Positions 53,118 to 64,000 of a DNA stretch of 64,000 nt are shown here, piece after piece. The DNA lies in contig NC_043011.1 in the NCBI RefSeq assembly GCF_006345805.1, positions 33,554,464 through 33,618,463 of the forward strand, given 5' to 3'. A model generated the notes under the pieces. That model did not search any database. It was not told the DNA's origin and worked only from the letters and a program-made list of their open reading frames with translations. The position numbers were made by a program, and so were the translations under genes. The stretch is from Octopus sinensis. Lineage: Eukaryota. Each line of letters starts with the position of its first letter. Within the stretch, counting starts at the first letter, position 1.

Positions 53118-54370
53118 TTTTATCTTTTACTTGTTTCAGTCACTGGACCGTGGCCATGCTGGGGCACCACTTTGAAAGGTTTACTCGAACAAATTGACCC
53201 CATTGCTCATTATTATTTTTAAGTCTAGTACTTACTGTATCGGTGTCTGTGATCGATCCTCTAAGTTACAGGAACGTAAAGAACCCAGCAACCCACTGAC
53301 CCCCCCTTCAGGTTCTCTATAATGGTAGCGGTGTGAGGAGGGGCGGAAAGAGAATACCAAGGTGTTATCCTCAAATCGGAGATCTAAATGGGTGTAAAAG
53401 TGTAGACCCCCTCCCCTCCAAAAGAATATACTAAGGACCAAATGATGGTGTTAAACCGGGCGATAGACTACGTCTTCGACCAAATGACAGAAGCTGTTCA
53501 TATGAAAGGTTCCCAAATAGTGTCCGCTCTACAAAAATTTCACTCACAGGGCTTTTCTCGATACACATCTACGACAAAAAGACATTGTGCTTAAGGTGCC
53601 GTGCAGTAGGTTCGAGCTATCGAAACAGACACCACGAAGCGGCAAGCAGAACTTCTTTATTTCAAACATTTTGCCATAAAGCTTGCGGGCTAGACAAAGA
53701 CATTGATGAGGTGAATGATTAAACGGATGATATTAATGGGAGAAGACAAAAAACGCCCGCCGATTTTTTGCTTCTCTAAAACATTATTCTCTTTTTTTTT
53801 TCACAGAAAAAGACAAAACAAGGTAATGAACATCTTACTTCAGTTTTACAATTTTTGAACTAATTTTCCATTTAAGAATTGGGGCGTTAAGCCTCAAAAA
53901 CATAATAACATGCAATAAACATTATAACACTGAGGCTTTTCAACCTCTTGTCACTATTCCTCCCCAACATCGCTTGTGCTCTTATATTCCGCCATCCCCC
54001 ACGCCTCATTCAAGACCAAGGCGGGATCCAAGCCGGCGTCGTCCGGCCACAAGCGATATTTCTCATTGAGTCCCTGCAGCCTATACGTCACGGGCAACGT
54101 TATGACCTCCACAGCTATCTGCGGAGGCCATTCGGGATCCTGTGTGAAGGTTAAAGGTACTCCCTTATGGTGCTTTTCCACAACTTCTTCTACCTCTCCG
54201 CCTCTGTAGAAGAAGACGAATAGTTCCTCTTCCTCCGGGTTCGAGGTGGTCAATTCTACCGTTGGCGGCACAATTCCCCCCAACGGTGTCTCTTCCCCTG
54301 TCGATGGCACAACCCCTACCGGCAAGGTTCCAAGCAGAACTTCTTAACCACATTGCCATGCTTTCGGCCA
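53118..54370 (-). mobile_element. Diverged SINE family B interrupted by foreign inserts
   Basis: Tail at 53118-53290, core at about 53510-53640, and head end CTTCTTAACCACATTGCCATGC at about 54340-54361. Confidence 0.7.
53658..54330 (-). mobile_element. 673-bp TSD-flanked insertion with a truncated ORF
   Basis: 15-bp direct repeat CAAGCAGAACTTCTT at 53643-53657 and 54331-54345. Minus-strand 123-codon ORF 54325-53954. AATAAA at the 3' junction. Confidence 0.65.
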
Positions 54371-54700
54371 CTGTGTTTTAAACGCAGTGTTTTGTTAGCA
54401 AGTCTCTAGGAATATCCGTCAAAGTAATAAGCAGTAATCGATAGCTACGTGTGTGGGTCGATATTCCAGAGCATTTATCTGCAACCTGATAAGAAAATCT
54501 GGAATCTATTATGCAGTTAATGCTGAAAATAATACATAATGTCCAAATACGTTTTTCCCGTGGAGCATATTTATCTTCAGACACGGTGAATTAATTTACC
54601 CAAGTCTACCAACCATATTTCTGCGTGTATATAGGCATGCATACATACATAAATGCATACAGACTTACACACACACACACACACCACACACACACACACA

Positions 54701-54775
<75 letters not shown>

Positions 54776-54794
54776 GTATGTATGTTATATAATA

Positions 54795-54825
<31 letters not shown>

Positions 54826-55592
54826 GGCTTATACATACATGCATACATACATACATACAAACATACAAACATATATATATACATATATATATACTATATA
54901 ATATATATATATATATATTATATATATATATATATATAATATAAATATTACATATATACATATATATATGCATACATATGCATACGTATATATACATACA
55001 TGCATATATATATATATATGTAATTATATATATAAGGATATATACACTATTTACACACATATATGCATACATATGCGTATATAAAGATGTATATATATAT
55101 GAATCCATGAATGCATGTATTATGTATTATGTATCTATAAGTGTGTGTGTATGCGCTCGCATGCACGTGTTTGTGTGTGTGAGAGAGAGAGAGAGTGTGT
55201 GTGAGAGAATGAGTGTGCGCGCGTGCGTAAGTGTGTGTGTGCGCGCGTGCGTACGTGTGTGTGTGTGCGCGCGTGTTCACGAATAGTGTCTGCTATTTCC
55301 TGTTTCGGTGATAAAATGCTCAAGCGAGGGTCATTAAATAGTAAATTTGAACAACATTGCCGTGACCAGGAGTAGAAAATCTCTCTTGAATAATTTAATA
55401 ATGCGCAAATGTAATTCAGAACACCAATTCCATTTTTCCCATTCTATTTTCTATACTATCTATATATATACAAATATATATATATGGTGTGTGTTTTTGT
55501 GTTTTTGTGTGGTTTGTACGTGTGTTGTGCATATGAATAAACTACTGCTACTGCTTCTACAACTACTACTACTACTACTACTAATAATAATG

Positions 55593-55679
<87 letters not shown>

Positions 55680-56231
55680 GCCCTGATGCAGTACCAGGCA
55701 GTGGCTCTCATGGCTTCTGATCTTAACTGATTGGAAGCGTTATCATGTACATTGTTTTGTCTTGGTATAAAAGATGGGCTACAGCAAATATTCTGCTCAA
55801 TACCACAGATTTGCTTGTCAGTTGTTTGACCTTAACCAGTTGAGCATGTCCTTTAGTGGCTGACGATATGTGCATCTCTGATCACGACCAGAAGTAGTGG
55901 GGGAGCATCATAGCCATGTGTTGAGAGGGATTCTTTGGGGTTTGAATAATTCACCTCTGGAATCATGGGTGGTTCTTTCAACATCCTTAAACAACCCTTA
56001 TTCAGGGACCTTTTGAGCGGGATGGGCTACTCAACCTGAAGAAAATTCTAACTGGGGCCCACCTGCAAGGTCATGTGCTGTTTATCTTGATATGAATCAC
56101 CATGTCGCGCACATATGGTTTGGATGCATGTGCCTTGGTGTACCCTTATCAACGGGTAGTCATGATGGGTATATTGGGCTTCGTATATTTTACCCCAGTG
56201 TCATTTGATGGCATGCACTGCTCTCTCACTC
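55680..56231 (+). mobile_element. Element of about 555 bp in (AAT)n, young copy
   Basis: Near-identical to 8162-8715, with the same termini. Confidence 0.9.
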
Positions 56232-56522
56232 AATAATAATAATAATAATAATAATGATATTTAGCTAGGCAGGAGGCAAAATGTAAATCGTTCGAAGATT
56301 GCCAGTCTGAGTAATTCGAGGTGAAACTCTTCATCTGAATGGAAGTATGATATTCTTGAAACCAAAATCACACTGGCCGATACGGATATACAATAGAATG
56401 TCCGAGGAATTCCGAAAACAGCTAGATAGTACTTGAGTATAAATATATATATAGTGGTACACCTTTTTAATCACTCAGATCGCATATACATTAGTTTGTG
56501 TCATCCTGACGAAACTCCAAAT

Positions 56523-56583
<61 letters not shown>

Positions 56584-56708
56584 CCTCTCTCTTATAATAT
56601 ATATATATATATATATATACACGCATACATACATACATACATACAACATACATACATACATACATACATACATACATACATACATACATACATACATACA
56701 TACATACA

Positions 56709-57215
<507 letters not shown>

Positions 57216-57219
57216 AATA

Positions 57220-57252
<33 letters not shown>

Positions 57253-57566
57253 TGTATGTATGTATGTATGTATTTATGTATCTGTATATATATCCATGTA
57301 TGTATTTACACATGCATGTACATGTATATATGCATACGCTTGTTAATTTCAAGGATTCATTAAGAATCGAGGCACAGCAACGTGTAAGACATCAGCAATT
57401 GGCATATACAATAAATCATTATAAACAGATCATGTTGTTCAGATATTATTCGACAACAAAGTGCGGAACCATGGGTTGGGAAGCAAGCTTCTTACCACAC
57501 AGCCACTCCCATATATATATATACATACAAACATACATACATACATATATACATATATATATATGT

Positions 57567-57603
<37 letters not shown>

Positions 57604-57612
57604 TATATAATG

Positions 57613-57658
<46 letters not shown>

Positions 57659-57844
57659 TATTATATATATGTAATATATATATATATATATTATATATAT
57701 ATATTATATATACATATACAGATATATTATATACATATATAGATATACATATATATATATAATATATATATATATATTTAATATATATTTTTATATATAT
57801 ATATATATATAATATATATATACATATATATATACATTGAGAAT

Positions 57845-58010
57845 TTAGAATAAACAAAAGACGAAGACGGGTGTGTAAGCAAAAAACAGATGTATTAGTT
57901 TAACGCTCGGGAAGTGAGAAAGTCTTTTACATTTCGAGCCTACGCTCTTCGACAAAAAGGAACACAGAAATAAACAGGGAGAGAAAATAGAAAAAGCTTT
58001 AGTGGCCACA
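57845..58010 (-). mobile_element. Short hammerhead-motif element (family H1)
   Basis: Reverse complement of 57922-57959 reads CTTT TTGTCGA A GAGC GTAG GCTC GAAAT GTA AAAGAC. Adjacent to a long (TA)n. Confidence 0.7.
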
Positions 58011-59370
58011 TGCATAAATGTAACGTTAATATAATTGTATCATGTTTCATTTTTCCATGCTTGCATGAGTTTGACAGATTTCATTAAGGCAACTTTTCTA
58101 TGGCCAGAACCTCATTTTGTCAACAATGAAGAGTTGCTTTCAGTCTCTCTCCACTCAGAAGGCTTTGGTCGGGTAGGGGCTATAGTAGTAGACATTTACC
58201 TATAGTGCTGGATTGTGGGAGTGAACCTAAAGAACATGGTTGGTTAGCATACTTCTTAACCACACAGCTATACCTGGACCTATACTATATTTTTTCATAC
58301 TAAATCAAATATAGGTAGCTACAAACAACTGCTAACGAATGCATTGTTTTTATTTGTTGTTTTCAGACATGTGATCAGCTAGAGTGTTCTGAACTAAGTC
58401 TGAGCATTGGATGAATATAGAAAAATGAAATAGAAAATATACCTGAAATCTTTCTACATTTTCCCATTGTCTCACGTTGTTTAATCTCTAAATAATAATC
58501 AATTTAGTTGTGCTTCGTGTTACTTGATACATTTTCTTTAGTCGTTCATGTCTAATCGATCAGGAAATTAGTACATTTGCTATTTCAGGAATTTTTTGTT
58601 GCATATAAGACCAAAAGTTAACTTGCGAGTATTTGTCTGGTACCAAACTCTCGTTTTTGTTGACGATGAACAGACATTTTTTCTTAAAATTTTATTCTGT
58701 TTGTTCTATTTAAATTTCATTACAACCATTTCGTGTAATAAGATTAATGTTTTTAATGGCAAGAGTCAGTTGATGCTCACAAGATTCTTTATGGTAACAC
58801 GAAGTTAGGCGAATATCAGACGCTATTCGAGTAACTGTATTCTGAAATATAAAGCACGATATCTGTAACAAAAATATGCTCGGACATTCATTCAAATGAG
58901 AAAATGCATATCTGTAAAAATTTCATGTTTATATATATAATTTCAAATTATGTATCATTAAATAAAAGTGTGTTTGTATGTGTCTGTATGTTTGTGTTTG
59001 TATGTGCATTCCACATTTTCTTACAACGCCCAAAGTATCACCTATAAAAACCTCACTACAGGGAAATGAAAATCCATAGACACTTCAGATTTTTCATACG
59101 GAAGTAATTCATTTCCTGTGAAATCGTTCGATTTATCTACTTATACGTATGTATACATATATGCATAACAATTTGTCAGATTGACAATCTGTCACTTTCT
59201 TTCCTGTCTGTTATTTTTCTTTATCTGTATATCAGCCTGTCTCTCTGTCTTTATATACAACATATTTGTCTAGATAGATACATACAGATATAACGAGAAA
59301 ATAAATCAGCATAGAATATCTTATATAAATATTTAGACAATAAATAAAAGATAGATATTTAGACAGACAG

Positions 59371-59424
<54 letters not shown>

Positions 59425-59645
59425 AAGATAGGTAGTAGTAGGTAGGTAGGTAGGTAGGTATGTAAATAGGTAGATAGACAGATAGGTAGGTAGGCAGGCA
59501 GGCAGGTAGGTATGTAGGTAGGTAGGTAGGTAGGTAGGTAGGTAGGTAGGTAAGTAGGTAGGTAGGTAGGTAGGTAGATTGATAGATAGATAGGTAGGTA
59601 GGTAGGTAGATTGATGATAGAAAGATAGGTAGATAGGTAGGTAGG

Positions 59646-59733
<88 letters not shown>

Positions 59734-60559
59734 AAATAGGTCAATATAGAATCTACAGATAGAGAGAGGCCGACACTCCGACATGTAGCTAAATTGACAT
59801 ATATACGTATATAAATAGATGTATTGAGATAGTTCACCGGAAATGAATTTCTTCCGTATGCCTGTCTTAACGTTTAGTAAAGTTTAGTTTGACTCTATGT
59901 ATTTATATGTGTATATATGTACGTGTGTGAAGATGTATATATGTGATTCAGGTGGTAGTATTATGACGACGCTCAGCTTCATGTCTATCTAGTAAGCTTC
60001 GTAGCTTTTAGCTATGACGCCTTTGTTCAACACTTGACACCACTTTGTATATAGAGTCGAGATACATGCCAGAGCTATAACAGAAAAGCAGATTCTGTAC
60101 AACTAAAGGTTTCACTTAATACAGAGCATTTATTTATTTATTTATTTATTTATTTATTTCTTTCTAAGTAATGAATTTAGTTTCCAGTCTCCAGAAACCC
60201 CACAAAACCCGGAAGCGTGAGTTAAAACATGCTCATTATTAATGTGTTGATTTCGTTGTTTGAATTCAGAACGTTAGTCTCTCGCTAATATTCGCTTCTA
60301 AATTAGACAGATCATCAACTTTTAGGGGAAAGGCTCAGGCGATGTTATCGACTCTATTATTAGAATGGTGCTTAATTTTATTGACCTCGAAAGTATGATA
60401 AGCAAAGTTGATGTCGGTGGGATGGAACTCGGAACGTAAAGGGTTGAAATTCCGAGAGGAATTTTCTTCGAAACCCCAACGATTCTCCTATGTTTGTTCT
60501 ACTAATAATAACGAGAAAAGAATATCCTAGAACGTTGTTTTATAATTATTTGTAAAAGG

Positions 60560-60941
60560 GTGGAGGCGCAATGGCCCAGTGGTTAGGGCAGCGGACTAGC
60601 GGTTGTAGGATCGCGGTTTCGATTCCCAAACCGGGCGTTGTGAGTGTTTATCGAGCGAAAACACCTAAAGCTCCACGAGGCTCCGGCAGGGAATGGTGGT
60701 GATCCCTGCTGTACTCTTTCACCACAACTTTCTCTCGCTCTTACTTCTGTTTCTGTTGTACCTGTATTTCAAAGGCCGGCCTTGTCACTCTCTGTGTCAC
60801 GCTGAATATCCCCGAGAACTACGTTAAGGGTACATGTGTCTGTGGAGTGCTCAGCCACTTACACGTTAATTTCACGAGCAGGCTGTTCCGTTGATTCGGA
60901 TCAACCGGAACCCTCGTCGCCGTAACCGACGGAGTGCTTCC
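60560..60941 (+). mobile_element. SINE family A, full length
   Basis: Perfect 12-bp TSD ATTTGTAAAAGG at 60548-60559 and 60942-60953. Confidence 0.93.
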
Positions 60942-60954
60942 ATTTGTAAAAGGA

Positions 60955-61330
60955 AAGCGGCGGGCAAGCAGACTCGTTAGTGCACAGGACGCCTTAGATT
61001 CTGAGTTCAAATTCCGCCAAGATTGACTTTGCCTTTCATCACCAGTTGAGCACTGGAGTCGATGTAATCGATTACACTCCCCCACAAAATTTCGGACCTG
61101 ATGCCTATAGCAGAAAGAATTATCATTTCATAGCAGCGTGGTGGGAGAATCGTTAGCACGCCGGAGAACATGTTTAGCAGCATTTCTGGCTCTTTACGTT
61201 CTGAGTTCCAATTCCGCCGAGGTTGACTTTGCCTTTTATCTTTTCTGAGGTGATAAAATAAATATCGGTTAAACATAGGAGTCGATGTAATCAACTTCCT
61301 CCTCTTTTTTTGAAAATTGCTGGCCTAGAG
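60955..61330 (+). mobile_element. Diverged SINE family C units
   Basis: TTCTGAGTTC.AATTCCGCC.AG.TTGACTTTGCCTTT occurs twice. Confidence 0.75.
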
Positions 61331-61456
61331 CCAATTTCTACGTTCGAGTATCACCGAGGTAATACTTTGCACATTATCCACCCTGTGTCAATAAAATGAA
61401 ATACCTTGCTATGGTCGATTTAATCGGTTAACCCATCCCTTAAAAATCTGTCTATA

Positions 61457-61770
61457 CAGGCGCAGGCGTGGCCCATTGGCACAGGTGTAGCTGTGTGGTA
61501 AGAAGCTTGCTTCCCAACCACATGGTTCCTGGCACCTTGGGCAAGTGTCTTCAACTATCGCCTCTGGCTGACCAAAGCCTTGTAAGTCGATTTGGTATAC
61601 GGAAACTGAAAGAAGCCCGTTGTATATGTATATATGTGTGTGTGTGTGTGTGTGTTTTATGTCTGTGTTTGTCCCCCTTCGTAGCTTGACAACCGGTGTT
61701 GGCTTATTTACAACCCTGTAACTTAGCGGTTTGCCCTAAGGCACCGATAAAATAAGTACCACGCTTTAAA
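61457..61770 (+). mobile_element. SINE family B, 3'-truncated
   Basis: Head and core present; the copy ends just before the hairpin element. Confidence 0.8.
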
Positions 61771-61777
61771 AAGTTCG

Positions 61778-61958
61778 TTTTTCGAACTCATCATGACAAA
61801 ATCTAGTAAAAATTGTAAAACAGAACCTTTCGTTGTTCATTTATATGAATCGGATGTTTTAAAGCAAAACAACAAAACACCCGATTCATATAAATGAACA
61901 ACGAAACGTTGTGTTTTTACTATTTTGATTTTGATTTTGTCTTGACGAGTTCGAAAAA
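61778..61958. repeat. Imperfect fold-back element of about 180 bp (MITE-like)
   Basis: Outer arms TTTTTCGAACTCATCATGACAAAATC / GATTTTGTCTTGACGAGTTCGAAAAA. Inner arms TTTCGTTGTTCATTTATATGAATCGG / CCGATTCATATAAATGAACAACGAAA. Confidence 0.85.
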
Positions 61959-62042
61959 TAAGGAATTATCCTAAATTCTGACTCCTTTTTCTCAATATAC
62001 AATATCTGTACACCACTTCAAACACTCTATACATATACATTT

Positions 62043-62073
<31 letters not shown>

Positions 62074-62378
62074 GATATATATAATATATGTGTGTGTGTG
62101 TGTGTGTATGTGTGTGTGTGTGTTGTGTGGTGTATCAAAAGGAAATGGAGTGTTAAATACTATTCCACATATACAAAAACACCCATAATAACAATCCATC
62201 ATCAGCCGCCCCACGGATGTCATTGTTATTTCGACACCTGGGCAGTACCATTCAACAAAAATGTGTTTGTTTTAGGACAAACAAACACCGAACCCACAAC
62301 TTTCAAACACATTTACCTTATGTACAACACTATCGGTAAATAAATTCAATAAGTAAGTAACTATAGCCAACTCCTAAA

Positions 62379-62457
<79 letters not shown>

Positions 62458-62484
62458 TTCTCTCTCTCTCTCGATATATATATA

Positions 62485-62536
<52 letters not shown>

Positions 62537-62566
62537 TATATGTGTATATGTATATTTATATATATA

Positions 62567-62660
62567 ACGGGAAGCTTTATGAAAATAAACAAAAGACGAA
62601 GGCAGGTGGAGTACAAACAAACAATTGTATTAGTATGGCGCTCAGGAATATAAATAAAAC
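62567..62660 (-). mobile_element. 3' half of the family H1 element (lacks the hammerhead)
   Basis: Nearly identical to 6410-6492 and flanked by (TA)n. Confidence 0.8.
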
Positions 62661-63082
62661 ATATATATATATATACAAACCTAAGCTTGCATATATGTGT
62701 GTGTGTATATGTACGTATGTGTGTGTATGTCTGTGTGTTTAAGACGGTGCTCCAGCATAGCCGCAGTCAAATGACTGAAACAAGGAAAAATTAAACGAAT
62801 GTATTTATACACACACAAACACAAACACACACTCACTCACAAACACACACACACGCACGCACACACACTCACAACACACACACACACACACGTCGCTTGT
62901 ATACATTCGTTCAGTTACCAAAAGGAGCGCTTGCAATGAAAGAAACTTGTAATGTAATCTTGTAATCTTTCCTTCATTATTTGCGTTTATATTAAAACCT
63001 CTCTTATCCTCTCTCTCACTCTCTCTCCTCCAATCAGGCATAGAAACAACGTTTACACGAGCAATTGAAACAAGAACCAAAC

Positions 63083-63218
63083 ATGAGACTGCTAATAACT
63101 CTTGCGATAATCTCGGTGGTAGTGATGGTATGTTGCAGTCATCCCATGGAAATGAGAAAAAAGAAAGACGGCGATGAGAAGGCAATGCCACTCAATACTG
63201 ACAGAAACAGCCATGCAG
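63083..63218 (+). CDS. First coding exon of a secreted protein or peptide precursor (exon 63038-63218)
   Basis: Polypyrimidine tract plus CAG acceptor ending at 63037, and ATG at 63083 in AAACATG context. Translation MRLLITLAIISVVVMVCCS|HPMEMRKKKDGDEKAMPLNTDRNSHA is signal-peptide-like. Donor CAG|GTAACG at 63219, phase 1. Confidence 0.72.
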
Positions 63219-63343
63219 GTAACGTTATTATTTATTTATTCTTCTACATGCTTCAGTTATTGGACTGCGACCATGCTGGAGCACCTCCTTGCAGGGTTTC
63301 ATTCGACCGGTGGGTTTTGTTGCTTTTGCCAAGTCTTGTACGA

Positions 63344-63377
<34 letters not shown>

Positions 63378-63378
63378 C

Positions 63379-63414
<36 letters not shown>

Positions 63415-63417
63415 TAT

Positions 63418-63650
63418 AAGGCGGCGAGCTGGCAGAAACGTTAGCGCGTCGGGCGAAATGCTTACCGGTATTTCGTCTGTCGTTACGTTCTGAGTTCAAA
63501 TTCCGCCGAGGTCGACTTTACTTTCCATCCTCTCGAGGTCGATAAATAAAGTACCAGTTACGCACTGAGGTCGATGTAATCGACTTAATCCCTTTGTCTG
63601 TCCTTGTTTGTCCCCTCTATTTTTAGCCCCTTGTGGGCAATAAAGAAATA
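63418..63650 (+). mobile_element. SINE family C (intronic)
   Basis: Full consensus unit within (TATC)n. Confidence 0.9.
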
Positions 63651-63670
63651 TATCTATCTATCTATCTATA

Positions 63671-63993
63671 CGCCTCCTTCCTTCAAACGGGAAGGAAGAG
63701 CTATTTTCATCATCCTTGTGGCTATGGCGAAAGAATGTATCTGGTGGACGCGTCTGAAAGGATTGGAGACAAACTTTCCTCTCTGGTCAATCTCTCATCA
63801 ACTCTTCAAGTACCACTTGAAAAGGAAAGTGAGAGTAGAGAGGCAAGTTTTGTCTAGCGAATGTTTTAAAAAAAGATGGGTGAATGTAGCAAGAATGGCA
63901 CGTATGAATGACGAAGCCACCTTGAGCATAGTCCTATGAACCCAGAAATCGAAAACAGAGAGTTGCTTATTTGCAAAAAAAAAAAAAAAAAAA
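63671..63993 (+). pseudogene. 5'-truncated L1/Tx1-like ORF2 C-terminus with an A-rich tract
   Basis: AIFIILVAMAKECIWWTR...FKYHLKRKVRVERQVLSSECFKKRW resembles the Tx1/L1 AK..IW..R...F...W tail. Stop at 63939 and poly(A) at about 63975-63993. Confidence 0.65.
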
Positions 63994-64000
63994 GAAATAT

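Noticed and set aside
63219-63493. Extension of the 142-aa ORF 63065-63493 past the splice donor
   Set aside because: It runs into SINE fragments and (TATC)n, so it is intronic.

Overview
Eukaryotic, repeat-dominated DNA, most likely an octopus genome. This is inferred from three abundant tRNA-derived SINE families and very dense (TA)n, (CATA)n, (AAT)n, (GATA)n, (CA)n and (GA)n tracts. Nearly all ORFs in the supplied track are microsatellite or SINE artefacts. The only credible host coding sequence is one signal-peptide exon at 63038-63218, whose gene continues past the window end. Decayed retroelement coding remnants include R4/Dong-like RT and RLE pieces, a Penelope-like GIY-YIG tail and an L1/Tx1-like 3' end. 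The most notable hidden signal is a set of minimal type I hammerhead ribozyme motifs carried by short, microsatellite-embedded, probably Penelope-derived elements. These include an apparently intact G3:C8-swapped core at 14220-14270 (-), a near-intact core at 46980-47024 (-), and a five-copy family with a non-canonical position 6. All folds were read by eye and repeat boundaries are approximate.
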